From Kondoa subrosea (lineage: Eukaryota): a DNA stretch of 55,818 nucleotides. The notes under the pieces are model-generated. The model searched no databases. It had not been told where the DNA came from and saw nothing but the letters and a program-made list of their open reading frames with translations. Location of the stretch: assembly GCA_039545335.1 (NCBI GenBank), contig BCIN01000008.1, positions 1,065,528-1,121,345 of the forward strand, read 5' to 3'. Each line of letters opens with the position of its first letter. Position 1 is the first letter of the stretch. The translations under genes and the position numbers were made by a program. Positions 37,108 to 52,570 of the stretch are shown here, piece after piece.

Positions 37108-38616
37108 TTAGAACAGCCAGATCGTTTCGATCGCACCGGACAAAGTTACTTCCGCTAGCATACGTTCATATCCATAAAGCTCTATATATCAATGAGTAAG
37201 GGCACAGTGAGGCCTGACAGGAAGCCTACCTGTCTTCCTTCCAACCAGCTGGTCACTTATCGCTTCTGCCGTTCTATCCAATTGAAGCGCATCAAGAGTC
37301 GAAATATTTTCAGGCAAAGATGCCTTGACTGTGGGCGTTTTCTTCCCCGCAGGCTTGTCCGCTACCTCTGTCGATCTGAACATCTGATCTATTGCCTTCT
37401 GCTATCATGCTATTCAGCTTCGGCTTGGTACCAATATCAACATTAAATAGGCTTACATCATCTCCGAATGATACACTGCCACCTGAGGAAAGACTTATGG
37501 TCCACGGACAACGCTCATAGGTACCAAACAGCACTTCTCCGGGTATGTTGGTGTGTAACCTGCATTTCCGTATGAGCCAAAAAAACGTGACTAGTAACTG
37601 TAACCCAACACAATCTTCTCTACGATATGAGTTGTACTATTAATGAGAAAGTCCAAGCCAAGCTCAAAGTGATTGAGAAAGTAGGCATTGTCCGCATCTG
37701 CCTTAGAAAGCCGCGAATTGATGGCGAGCCGATCGTCTTCCTTCCAGTACGTTCTCTGCGGTGGCCCGAGATCGCATAAAAGATCTTCCGCAGTTGTCAT
37801 TCCTACTTTGACTTGTACGGAAGAGGAGCTGAATTGCAGGTCCAAGGTGGTGAAATCGCTGCCTAGCTGCACAGCTTCGGGCTAAGATACGATAAGACAT
37901 GCATAAAGGCTTACTGTGGCTCTCGCTGACATCAACGCTTGTTTATTGAGCGACACTGGCTGAGACATGAAAGCTGTTTCAAAGATATTGGTGAAGGGTT
38001 GAGATTGATGAGTCACGGCAGTAAGGATCATTCTCTTGATATTGCCCACATCTCCTGTCCTATGGTCAGACCCAACTTTAAGGTGAACCGTTGATGAATT
38101 CACCTGATTGAAGGACGAAAGCTACTCCCGGATAACTCGCAATCACTTCGTCAGAATTATGCGGATGTTTCTCAGGCGAACGAGTTGGCCCAAACGCTCG
38201 ATGTAGGCCTCTACTTCCATCCTTTAAAGCCTTGCCTTTGTATTGTACGAGATCAAGCGAATCAGAGAACTCGATGAGACATAAGCGTTGAGTAGAGCCA
38301 TGAAAGAGAAGGCGCAAATTCGGACGATGAATATCTAGAAGCAAAGGTGTGCAGGGTAGGTTCTGTGAAAAGTCATAAGCCAGAAACGGGCATTGCGGCT
38401 CCTGAGGAGACGAACGCTATCCGACCAAGATACAGTAGCTTGCGGGAAGACTTGAGAGGCATCACGCAGACGGTTCAGCACTACATAGATGCTGGAACCT
38501 TCGGAGTACAGGGCATGAGCTTTGGCAGCAGTATTGAACATAGATGACTCGCCCAACTCGAAGGGTCCTAGGCTAGTACCAGCTACCAGATCAAGCTTGA
38601 GAGGTTGAGCTAGCAT
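37108..38616 (-). CDS. UPF0183 family protein (PHAF1/C16orf70-like)
   Basis: LGPFELGSS, LRLLFHGSTQRLCLIE, FGPT, SYPGVAF, TTAEDLLCDLGPP...WKEDDRL, YFLNHFELGLDFL, LHTNIPG, YERCPW. Confidence 0.88.
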
Positions 38617-39019
38617 GCTTGCATATAGATTAGAAAGGCTACGAGGCAAGCTGAGGTGAGACACAGGTGTGTTGTTTTCCGCAGCAGGCGTGTCCAGAAA
38701 CGATGGAGAGTGTATAGCGTCAGACAAGTCAAGCAGGCTCTTGTGACTTTAATGCATTTCAGCACGCTACCTCCAGGACCAGCAGGGTTCAGGGAAGACC
38801 TTCAATTTCTGCAAGTCAATGGATTCGGTCAAAGCCAGTTCCTGTGCGATCTGTTACCTGGAGACTAATGCAGATTGTTGCGTCTCTTCCCCTATCGCGT
38901 CAGTCTACCGACGTCAAGCAGCTGATCTATCATTCTTTCGTCTGACGAATCCCTTTGTTCTCTCTGTTCATAACTCTCGCTAATCTCTTCTCCTTCTTCT
39001 TCTTCTTCCTTCGGCGAAA

Positions 39020-41370
39020 ATGAGAATTTGCTTGAGCGCAGCTATATTGGCTCTACAATGTCTGTTCGCCTTCGCCCAGGGATCTCTTCCTGCTTCTCTT
39101 TCTCCTTCTGCTTCTGCTTCTGCTTCTGCTACAACTGACAACACGGCCACGGCTTCCAACATGCTTAGAGCTGGATACTGGACGAATTGGCGCAGTAAGA
39201 TCATGAGCCATGCTCAGACCCCGTTTGCAGATCTAGGCGAGCGTCTTCATTCGACGAATGTCATCTTCTGATTTTATCTTATAGACCTTGTCTACTACTT
39301 CGTTGCTAGCGTCAAAGCTGATGGTAGCTTAGATCTGTTTGATGTAGCTGATCTCACACAATTTGTCACTGCTGCCAAAGGTACGTCGAAGAATTTCCCT
39401 TTGTTCCGTTCACTGACAATAGTCCACAGCTGCAAATCCCAAGATCTTAGTGTTCTTGTCTGTATTTGGCTGGGGTGGAAGTATTGAAGCCTCCACTGTT
39501 CTTAAGGATGCAGCACTACGCAAGGCTCTAATAACTAATCTGTGAGGCATTCTGCGGTTGTATATGACGCCCTCATTGATGTTTCTTATAGGAATGCCGC
39601 AAAGACAACAAGTACAATCGATGGAATAGAGTGAGACGTTTGAACTTCTCTTTCTTTGTGACTAACGATTGCTTTCAGAGTCGATTGGGAATTTCCTGCT
39701 GGCGATGTAAAAGAAAGAGAGATTGTATGTGATTCTCTTTAATTCATTAGATACAGGGAGCTTACCGTCGCGAACAGCCTGACTGCAACACCGTTGACCC
39801 GTTTGTGACATCCCTTATCAAGACGATAGAAACTGATACATCCTCAGGACCACCGACACCGCTAATTTGCTGCTCTTTCTTCAAGAGTTGAAGACTGGCA
39901 TTCCAGGCATCAAGCTGTCTGCCGCTGTTGAATCCGCTGGGTAGTCTTCTAGGACTCTTCTGCAACGCAGTCATTGACTTGACGTAACACAGGCCATGGA
40001 AAGATGCGAAAGGAGCTAGATTGACGGACGTGAGCGCCTACGCTACTGCTCTAGATTATCTGCTGTTAGTGAAGCAGTTCACGCTTAGTTTAACGCTGAC
40101 AATATATACCGCATAGCATCATGGCCTACGATACTTTCAATGTAAGGCTAATTCGTCTTAAGTGAGAATGATCCAGCTGATTCGATCTGGTTAGGGCTGG
40201 TCACCGGTTTCAGGTCCTGTTCGTGAATTCTGTCGCTTTTTATCTTCGTTTCCTCAGAGAGCGAAGTATAGAATGCTCCTCTATCCATCGGAAGCGATTG
40301 CCCTGCGGAGGTCGCCAATTTCGTCAAGAAACGAGATGTCACGGATTCTGTAAGCCGCAATAAGTCTCGCGATTGCCTTAACCCAGACTGGAATAGATTG
40401 CTACTTGGACTGCAGCTGGCTTTCCAGCTAATAAGATCCTTCTCGGCGTTGCATCGTATGGACGAGGCTTCGCCATGGCTAGTCCGCCAACTAGCGACAA
40501 GGCTCTCTGGCAGCCAGCTAATGGACTGTCGATCGGCGATCAATACACTCAACCCAGTATTTTCTTTCCGCTCTTATTTTCCCGTAGCACTGCTGACCTA
40601 CTTTGAACAGACGGAGAGAAGCAAGCTTTAGACAACTGTCCTTCTTCTCCGAAGGTGGATGTTGGAATCTATCTCTTCCGAACTTTGCAAGAATCCTTTC
40701 TTTCAGACCCAAAGACCGCAAAGCAAGGTTACACTTACAATTGGGACGCTTGTTCATCTACACCTTTTCTCATCAATGCTCAGACCAGTACTGTTATCTC
40801 GTATGACGAGTACGTGATCTTTATGCATTATTGTCAGATCTGATCTCTCTCCCAGCGAACAATCACTATGTTTGAAAATGGCGGAAGTGAAGAGTAAGGG
40901 TCTGGGCGGGGTACGATCATCAATCTTTCTCAGTGCCGTTCTACGGACTAAACCCTTCTTGCGCAGGTTGGTGTGTTTGATCTGTCAGGCATGGATCCAC
41001 AGGGTAAATACATGGCAGTTTTGAAAGGAACAGGCTGTGCGGGTAACGACTCCCCAAACATAGATCTTAAGCGCAAAGGTCAGTACTACTGTCTTGCAAT
41101 GCAGTCGTTGTGGCAGCTCACATTGCTTTCTCAGGCGCAAACGACACAGTAGTCAGCAATCTACCTGGCTCCAAATCTTTATCACCTTCTCGATCGGCTA
41201 GCGCCCAGGAAGATGCTGCTTCCGCTTCAGCTGTTGACTCTTCAGCTAGTAGAGCAATTTCAGGAGGCTCATCAGCACGCCCGTCATCCTCCGGCAGCAT
41301 CAGCGCTGGCACGCGTCTCGCTGGCCCTTGGCTAATTCATGCACTGTTGAATTTTCAGCGTCTAGCCTAG
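39020..41370 (+). CDS. GH18 chitinase-like protein, secreted, Ser/Ala-rich tail (possible GPI anchor)
   Basis: Signal peptide, AGYWTNW, LSVFGWGG, DGIEVDWEFP, IMAYD, WTAAGFPANKILLGVASYG, ISYD, GLGGVGVF; many introns. Confidence 0.88.
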
Positions 41371-41514
41371 ATAGAATTGCACCTGATGTTAGCTTTATGC
41401 TGAATCCGTTAGTATTATGTAATAGGATAGATGTCTCCGAAGTTCAAATGATCATTGTTTTGTTCTGCTCATGTCTTTTGTTGCAAACCGTTGTTGCTGC
41501 GACGCACAAGCAAG

Positions 41515-42972
41515 ATGCCTCCAAAGCACAAACCGAAGCTCGATCTCTCTGCTTTCAAGGTTAGCGAGCAGTAATGTTGCGCTCGGGTTCTGCTCAGCGC
41601 ATCAATTCTAGACGCCTGTAGCTGCACCTGCCCGTCGTACCAGTCCTAGAGAAGTTCTGGACGCCTCTCTGCATTTATCTGCACGAGATCTGGCTTTCTA
41701 CTGCTCCAAGCAGCCTGCGAACACTCGCTCATTTATCTGGGAGTCCGTGTCAGTTGTTTCTCGCTCGGGTGCATAACCATACGCTGAAGTGTTCCTCCAT
41801 CTGAATAGAAGTCTGGAATTGCCTAGTGCGAATCCAGCATGCAAGGGGCTCTCAACCAATCCTACCGCATGCGATTTAGAAACCTTACGATCTGTTAATG
41901 AGACTTCTCAAATGCCTGTTCGCGCAATTAGATTGAAGCTGGATTCAGATGCTGCAGACGAAAGCTTCAATTCTTACTGCGCGTTTGCGACTGAGCAGAA
42001 TTTGGCTGTCGAAGTAAGCTTTTAGCTTCAAGCCTCCATTTCCTCCTTATTCTTTGGCGCAGCTGGATTTGCAAGTGATTCTACGATCTTCTATGCTCTT
42101 GAATGCGGCTGATCTTTTCTCGCACGCACTAGCTATCTAATGACAGCAACATCCTTGACGCTGCGATCTCAGCAATGCAACGAATACCAGATGCTCGCTT
42201 TCTGCTCTGTAAGCATCAGCTGGATTGCTTGTGCTTGATTTCGCTCACCATGCTTGGAAGGTGATGCTGGCCATCCTTCTATCGGCCTCGGGATTGCCTC
42301 TGCCTCAGAAGCGTATGAACTTGTTTTAGCACAGCTGTCCTTCTCGCCGAATCTGTACATCAAGCTTAGCAACGTACTTTCTTTTTGTGAACTCAATATA
42401 GCGAAAGAAGCTTTCGGCGAATGTAGGTTTGCTGAAGCGAAGGTTGCACTGGAAAGCATTGATCAGTCTATAGTTCTCTCAAATCGACAGGAGTCGCAAC
42501 CGGCCACTGGACCTAGCTGCCTGCGCGTAGGTCACGAATGCAAAAGTTTGTCATATGGCTGAGATTAGATGACAGTTGAGAAAGGCGCTACAGAAAGTGC
42601 TTTCGACAATCATTGAAGCGTTTGGTATACATAGGATTGTCTATGGATCGTCTTGGTAAGCTTTCTTGGTCGATGTAACTGCTGCACAATCTTAGTAGTC
42701 TACAGCACAATGGTAGCAAAGGCTCTTAATGTGGATACGCCTGAGCAGATGAACTCATTGCTGTAAGTCAGCTATTGCAACTCTGGCTATATTACTGACA
42801 TCATGTATAGAGAGTTCCACTATGCGTTGTGTAAGAGCGCCTTGCTGGAATTGGGCTTAGATGGCGTACGTAATATCTCCTCACAAATGTCAAATCTCAC
42901 AAGAATTTAATGTAGGAATCTCTTGATATGATCTTTGCCGTCAACACACAGAAGCTTTATAATATAGAATAG
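41515..42972 (+). CDS. Amidohydrolase_2 (L-rhamnono-lactonase-like) fold protein with degenerate active site
   Basis: VLDASLHL, PNLYIKLS, IIEAFGIHRIVYGSS, IFAVNTQKLY match the family layout (IIDxHxH ... FGxxRxxxGSDWP ... IFxxNAxxxY). Confidence 0.6.
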
Positions 42973-43128
42973 TGTCGCAAACGGTTTACAGTCTAATAAT
43001 CGCATTACAGTTTCATATAAGTAGTGGTAGTACAATCTACCATCTATTCAGAATCCTCAAAGTCTAGACCAGCTACAAGGTAACAGCACCGAGCGTTCTA
43101 ACGACCGTTGATTCCATGAGAAGCAGTA

Positions 43129-44698
<1,570 letters not shown>

Positions 44699-44833
44699 TC
44701 ATATTCTTTGTGCAGATATCGTATGTATTACTGACTAGCTATATATGTAGGGCACGGATTATGAATCTTCTTCAAAGGGTATCTACTGAAATTGAGACCA
44801 ATGCTTAGCTTGATCTAGTACATCTCTTCAGCA

Positions 44834-47800
44834 TCAGAATTCATGCCTGGATGCTTCGAATGGTCCAAGCAGAGAGTAGTGATCATGCTGTTTCGACAAA
44901 TACTCAGTGATTGTCGAAAGAGAGATAGACCACACTGACCATTTTTCAGTCTCAGCAATCCTGGCGGCAACTAGATGGCAGGCTTGAGCTTCACAACTCT
45001 TCTCAAGTAGAATACAACCTACGACATCGAGCCTGACAGCCTGTTTTGTATGCACTGCATCACCATTTAAAGATATCTGATCCAGCGTTGTGTTTGCACG
45101 GAAGAAAAGGTAGATTTGTGTCGCCGTATGTCTCCAAGGCTTGCTTCAAGGCAGTAGTGCTCTCAAATTCGGACATTACACCCAGAATTCCGGGATCTAC
45201 AACAGGTCTATCGAGACATCAGATTGATTACATCAGAGACATCACCTGCTTACCGTGTAACAATCTTATCGGTCTCGAGACCCTGTTCTGGTGTAGCAAT
45301 CTGATTCTGCTTCTTCTGGACGATATTGACTCCTTCATCCTCGCTGCCAGAACTGACGAGATGATAGATTGGCTTAGGTTTGACATGCAGGATTGATGAT
45401 TCAGCTTTTATCACAGGAGAGACAGAATTTTTGGTTGCAAGCTCTTCACGGACGTCAGCTTCAGAGTGGCAGGCTGAAGTTTTGTCTAAGGTAGTTGGTA
45501 AAAGCAATTTGCTCCGCTTGGTATCCTTCTTCTGTACTTGATGTGTTTTGAACTCTTTCCGCTTGCGGTTGTCTTGACATGAGTGAGGTACTGGAGTATT
45601 ATGCTCGGACTGCAGATCTGAATTGTTGCTCCGTATTGCGGTTTCCGAAACAAGATTTGGAGTAGGTGTAGATCGATCACGAAGAGGCAATGAAGGGATT
45701 CGGATATCAGGACTGGTGCATATAAGTCTCCCTGAGCCATTTAAAGAACGACCATGGAAGTTGATCGCATAATTTGTAGCATCTCCTCTTGTCTCGAATG
45801 CTGCTCGAACCTTGTCATTTGCGAATACGAGCGATTTGGCCCTGGGTGTATCATAGTATCTCAGCCAAGATCATGCTGAAAGAACATGGAATGCATACGG
45901 TGACTTCCATGGAGTAAAGAAATCTCGAGGCATACCTTGCGGAATATCGGAGATCTCAACCTGCGAGGTTTGAGCAAGTATTACTTTGATAGACGAGCTG
46001 ACATACAACGTATCCAGGACCTGAAGATCTGCTAGAATTGGTCTGTTCCGACGACGAAGCTACCGATAGTGAGTGCTGCGCTTGCTCCATACGGGCAACT
46101 TTCATCTCTAGATCAAAGTCTAGAGATACGCTTGAGATTCGAATATGCTGCCCAGACGATTGGCTTACTGATCTTAGAGAGTTGGAGTAAGCTAACTTTG
46201 ACAGCGTTATCCGATTCTAGGGGGTCGGTCAAGATCTTCCGGGCGAGCTCATTCCTTTGCATGCGAACAACATCAGAAAACAGCCAGATATCAAATTCTG
46301 AGCAGGACAGCTTACCTATAGAAATGTGCTCGGGCGATTTTGTCAACAATCTGAGACGGAGTGATCCCTAAAGCTAAAGCCCAGGTCTTGAGTTGTTTCC
46401 TCGTTGTCTTGGGATACATCATAGGTCGGCCAACAATATTGGGACTTTCAAGGCAGAGTACACTTTGTAGGAGAGAGAGCCTGACTACAGTCTTTTCCCT
46501 TTGCCGAGGATTAAGAACAGGCTCATTATCACCAGCTACGTTTTGAGACAGAATCTTATGCTTTAAAGCCAGCTGCAGTATTTGGTCATCCCTTAAACGC
46601 TTAATCGAGCCAGCAGCAATGAGAGCGGCAGGTGAGGGCGCAAATAGCGACGTTGAAGCCTCGTATAGCTGCTCGAAAGGTTCGAGAAAGGATATCATGT
46701 GATGCGGGTATAACTTCGTTTAGGTCGAAAAGAGGTTCAAGCGTTTTTCTTGAAGACAAGGTCGATCTGTGACTGCTATGTGCTTCATGAATCATGATAA
46801 GAAATCAAGCTATTCGTTAGCTTCCAGGTACTGTATCTATCTGCAAGTGTCCCGTAAACAAACGCGTTGTCTTGCATGACCTCACCCAGCAGCACAAAGC
46901 ATCAAGGTCGCGGTGGATGACTTTATTGTCTACCAGGACTCCTAGTCTTCTTGTTGGGACGGACCTTCGTTTTAGCCCGTTTCTTCTTTCTCTCTTCCTC
47001 GTATTCGATATTTTCATACGTAGCACCGTTCAAGTTTATCTCGCCCTTCTCTTTCCTGACCGCCAAGAATTCAAGATATGGAGGACGGTCTAGACACAAG
47101 CGATCCAAGCGATCCGCTTCCTTTACAACAGATCAGATTGACTATCATCTGAGCTTGTTTGAGCCAGCACTTACTACTCGAACATGACTTCTGAGTCGAT
47201 CCATACCACGCTTCCCATCGTCCAATCTCTCTAGACGTTTAGAGATAGTGCCGTTTATACCACTGTTTTTGGTCTGTCATGTTTAAAGCGCTATAACCAA
47301 AATCACTCACTGCATTTCAAAGATCTGTTTAAACCTTGCAGCTCCAGGAGGCAACGATCTGAAGACATCAATCAATAGGTATTCTCGCAAATGGAAGGGA
47401 GAGCAACAGACTGCATGCATTTCAGAGCTTCTGCTATCACTTTAGCTTCTCGCGCACTTATTCTTATTGGGTCAGCTCTCTGTCTTCCTCTTTGCTTGAC
47501 CTTTGCAGCGTGACTCATTAGAGCTGGCTGAGTAGAGCGAGACGAAGAAGTAGTAGTAGTAGTGAAGAGAACAGGTCGTCGAATCGGGGAGGAGCTGAGA
47601 AATAGATCTGAAAGCGGTTGTGATGATGGAGCAGCGAAAGTTGCTGATTCTGACAAAGGAAGACTAGATGCGAGTACTGTGAGATTGGATTGAGGACTCG
47701 AGCATTCGTATGCCAATGATTTGGCGATGGAATCAGAAGGTAAGACATTAGATGAAGAGTTATAGCCAGGATATTGGTTTAATAGAGAGGCGGAAGGAAT

Positions 47801-48348
47801 GACAGGCTGGGAAAGACATCGCTCTGCGAAGGAAGCTATCTTCTTCAGGGCTTTCCGCGAAGCGGTTCGTAAGGCGAGCTGAGCGCTGACAGGTTCTTGG
47901 ACTGCCTAATGGAAGTCAGTGTATATGTGAGTGTAAATTTTGTAAGGCAGCTCACTATTTCGTCGCCTTTCGCTTTTATGCGTGAGCGAGCGCTTTCGAG
48001 GACCGTTTCAGGCAGACCAGAGCATTCGATTGAAGTCGCTTCCTTTTCATAGTGGTATTTGACAACGACTTGGTCCGCGTTAGCCTGGGCTAGCTTGTGT
48101 AAGAGCTTCACGATCCATAAGTGCGCTAAAAGGTGCGCAAATCTGCTGTTGTTGGCCAAGGCGTGTGTTTCTTCGATTGGGATAAAGAAGTAAGCTGGAT
48201 CTGGTAGGTGAAAGGTGGGCGAAGAAAAGAATGGACTGTAAGCTTGTTCATTCTTCCGATATTGCTCCAGCGCGGCGATGGATGCTTGATTCAGGAGTGG
48301 GAAAATAGTAGAGAGATCGATTGCCGCGCTCTTTGGTTCAGCTGTCAT
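44834..48348 (-). CDS. Large hypothetical multi-exon protein, possible RRM-like segment
   Basis: ATG at 48348 (MTAEPKSAAID), several minus-strand ORFs linked by GT-AG introns; segment VRAAFETRGDATNYAINFHGRSLNG looks RRM-like; 3' end uncertain. Confidence 0.45.
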
Positions 48349-50497
48349 TTGAACTTTGCAGAAGCTTGCGAAGGCGAACAGATTGATTGAGAGGGCGGAA
48401 AGGGAGAAAGCGTGCCATGCCAAATGAGCATTTGGTTTAGCCTGAGCGTGCTGAAGGAGCCATTCTTTTATGCTAAATCGTCCAAAGATGAGGCGTCGAG
48501 TCGCTGAGAGATCGTCAGAGCGCACTGCCGTGTAAATGAAAGCAGGCCCTACTAATCAGATTCTCGTACACGGCCACCGCTTGTTGCATCAATGTCTCGT
48601 CCGGATCAGATACATCCATAGCTTGCGTCACTTGAATGGATTGACGAATCATGTCTCTGTCGGAGCATGAATTCTTCAGCTAGTGAAACCGCTGTTAAGC
48701 CAAACATACGACAGACGCTGTTGCAGCTCAATTCCAGCTGAACAATGGCTCGCAATTTGGCAGTGGATCTCGAACATCGTGCAGAGCAAGGTGAAGAGGC
48801 AATTAGGGAGCAGTAAATCATTTTTCGCACAGAAGGCGCTTCGATAGATTATTCATAGAAGGGCTAAAAGCGCCGTTTCTTTTGACGACCGTGCGATGAT
48901 GCAGATTGAAGAGTCATAAGATAACAAGCGACATAAAGGAGTATTGTTGAGGCAAGACCGGCTCATAAGTCTCTACGTCTGGCAGCTTTGCAATTGAGGA
49001 ATGGAAATGTCGACTTCAATATTGTACGACACAGAAGCTATCTTGCTTCCCACATCTCCAGCGGAGGTGTCACGAAGTGTATCCAGGGACTCGTTATTGG
49101 CGGACATCGGTCAAACTGCTTTTTCTCAAGGATCAGATGGAAGCTTGTCTCGTTAGTCCAATTTCGACTCAATCTCGCTCCGCAACGTATTGCTAAGACT
49201 CTTTCTTTCAAGACTCTACTTCATCTTGCGATGATGACCCAGCCTTTTCGTCTTTCCCGCTTGTATTAAATACAGAGGATGAGGGATGAGCCGCAAAGAG
49301 CTTCTTTCCCTCTCTCTCGTTCGCCCGCCTCAGGCTGTCTCGTCCGTTGCCTTCTTCTCTCTGTCCATTGATTCATCAGGGCTCTGTTTGGATTCTTCTT
49401 CACTCCTTTGAGAAAGCCGGTATAGCAGAGGATCATGGGAAGGCCTCGAACTGACGTCAGACATCATCATCCTTGCCGAGGATACTATGGGAAGTCGCTG
49501 TATTCGGTACTCTCTTCAATCTGTCTATGCCACCTCGCGAAAATAGAGTGAGCAGCTATCTTGTTCGGTCGATTAACGCTCAGTACCGCCTGAAGTGCAG
49601 TGAAGAACCGCAAGTATGATACTCTGATCCAGCAATACTTCTGCTTCGTCAGCTTATCGCTTTATAATCGAAGGAAGAGATGCAACAATGGATTTCGGAC
49701 GGAAATCATTAGACAGGTGAGCAGAATCTGCTCTATTTGCTTGCACTAACATGCTGTAGCACAAGACATCTATCATCGTGTATTGCCTATCTTCTATGAA
49801 TTGATAACCCGCTGTTATGATCTGAGACAGCAGGAAAACAACTAGTGATTTTGTCTTCTGTTGCTAACACGGTTTTTTCTTTGCTGCTCACACAGATACA
49901 TGCGATAAAGTCAGATGAAGAGGCAAAATTATATGGCGAGAGCTTGAAGTGGAAACTAAAGAATGCTACTAGTTCTGGTAGTACCTATCTCCGCGTTCTA
50001 AACAGGTTTGAGTGCGTCGGAATTCATGCATAGCAGCATAGCAACTCCTGCTTTAATCGCGAAACGCTTCCTCATCTCCCGCGAACAGTCCGCGAACCCG
50101 CGATCAAGTCAATGTACCCAAAGCGCGTTTGTAACGAAATGTTGTCTTTTCACCTCTCACTACCACATACAGCACCCGTGTCTCTTCAATCTGCTACTCA
50201 TATCTCGATGTCTTCTAATGCAATCTGTGCAAATACGCGACCCAAGCGCGAGGGTCTGAGCTTTTACGTCGCAATCTGCTTCAGCCTTTTGCTTCCGTCG
50301 AACACCTCAATCACCACCTTCGAGCTCCCTGACAACGCTCAGGTACTGCATCCAGCTTATAGACAACTAGAAAAGAGCTCTTTATTCTCGCAAAGCCTCA
50401 AAATCGAACAGCGTGAGGCTCCTTTTTGTCAAAGCTCTGGACGCTTCTTCGCTGGAACGCAGCCTCTCTCTTCTAGATCTACACTGTCATAGCAGTC

Positions 50498-52411
50498 ATG
50501 CAAGATCCTTCTTACTATCAGGATAACGAGCCAGCAGCTCCGACCCTTCACCGAAAACAACCCAGCACAGTCTCACCTTTAGACACGTTCGCTCAGCCTG
50601 CTCCAGCTTTCGAAGATGTGGATATGTCCTCTTTGGATGGAGGATCAGCAGCTCATTCGCCAGCCTCTTTCCTTGACCCTTCTTCAAGTTTCATGCAAAG
50701 AAGTCATTCAGCCGATCCTCCGAGATCTCAGCAGCAGCCTCAAGCTGGCTACGAGCTCTACCATATGGAGTCCGGCCTGGCCTCTTCTATCCCATCCTTG
50801 TCACCAGTCAATCTTGGACCAGCTGGGAATGGCTCAAACGCTTCCTCGGGGACTCCAGCTTCACCTTATCCGCCTACTCCGCATTCAGCTATGCAGCCGG
50901 CAACCTTCAGCTTCCCTGGCAATGATTCTGCTACAGAATATCAACAGCAATACTCGCCTGAGCAAGGTCTACCATACAATACACGTTCTTCGCGACACAA
51001 ATCTCAACGAAGCCTCAGTGCTGGTCAACTTCCTCGGCCTTCTTTTGCGCCTTCCAGTGCTAATATGCAAAGGCATAACTCATTGGCTATAGCTCCTTTG
51101 CCGATCCAAGATTGCCAACCTGCTCAAATTCCAGTCAAAGGTTAGCATTTCGCAATGCACACGCGGAATGATTGCTAAAGGACATACTACAGGTACTGCA
51201 GTCGGTGCTGGCGCATTTGTGTACAAGCTTTACAAGTCGGTCGATCCGTTTTCGCGTAAAACAAAATGGCTCATACTTGTTGAATAGTATGCTGTTGGAC
51301 ACAGAGTACCAGAATCTGATCGCTTTCACTTCTTCTGGCACCACATTTATCGTCAGCAATGCGACTGAATTCAGCAAGATTGTACTGCCAAAGCATTTCA
51401 AGCACAAGTGAGCTCTCATGTCGCTGCGCTGGCATGTCAATAGATGCTGATAGTCACACGTAGCAACTTCTCAAGCTTTGTTCGTCAACTAAATATGTAG
51501 CTCACCTTTTCCCGTTCAATTGACTATACTGATTTTGATTCAGGTATGGCTTTCACAAGGTCAACAAAACTCCTCGAGGCCAGAAAGGGTCAATCGAATC
51601 TCAATCTTGGGAGTTCTCTCACCCCAAGTTCATACGAGGCGGAGTCGATCTTCTTGATTCTATCAAGCGCAAAGCAACAGACGGAGATAGTAGCTCAACC
51701 AATAACGACCATTCTCGCGTTCTTTCTGCCCCAGGATCTTCTATGCCAAGTACTCCTGCAACTCCATATCCTCGGCCATCAAGAGGATCTGATTCATCTT
51801 TCCATCCTCCGGCTCCTCCTTCACAGCAGAACAGTCGTGAACCGCGGTCAAGGCAATCGAGCCGTCAATCTATACAAGCTCCTCAACCAGCAACTCCTTC
51901 TATCCCGCTACCCGAATATTTGCATCTCTTACATCAACATCAAGCTGATTTAGGCTTACATATCAATCGATTGGAAGAGACTTGTGCTTCGCTATACCAG
52001 ATCACAGTCGAAGGAAACCGCAAGCAAGAGATGCTTGTGCAAATTGTTGGACAATTGTTCGATGCTCTGCAGCAAACGGATGTCAAGCGTAAGTGACATC
52101 AAAATCGTTGACTGTCAATCTTTACTTATCGAATACCCTCAGTGCCGTTTGAATTTCCCATGCATCTCTTCCAGGCAGCTGCGGTTCCAGCTGGGTACCC
52201 AATGTTTGATCCTATGGCTGGTCCCGACTATCACCAACAGCATGAAATGATGCAACAACAACACCTTCATCAGCAACAGCAGCAGCAACAACACCAGCAA
52301 GATCACAGATCATCGTACTCTGCTTCACCCAACCCAATGTCACAGCAAGATCATCCATTAGCTGGTCTCGGCGTGCACATGGATGGTATGCCAAATGGTT
52401 CTGGTCTCTGA
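50498..52411 (+). CDS. HSF-type DNA-binding transcription factor with polyQ tail
   Basis: [47 protein letters not shown]; coiled coil LGLHINRLEE; no receiver domain seen. Confidence 0.92.
52250..52300 (+). repeat. CAA/CAG polyglutamine-coding tract
   Basis: caacaacaccttcatcagcaacagcagcagcaacaacaccagcaa. Confidence 0.8.
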
Positions 52412-52570
52412 ATGTGTGTGACTTGATTAGTGCAATAATAATGGCTCTGGCAGCTGGATGTGGCGGGTCGTACTTAGTTAGGGATCATATATATACAAGC
52501 TAGAGTTCCGGTGGTTCTAATTGAATATCGCGCAATACTAATGCAATAATATACATGGCTATTTATCTTC

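Noticed and set aside
48100..48170. NNSRFAHL as a degenerate RNase III signature
   Set aside because: Too weak; catalytic acidic residues are absent
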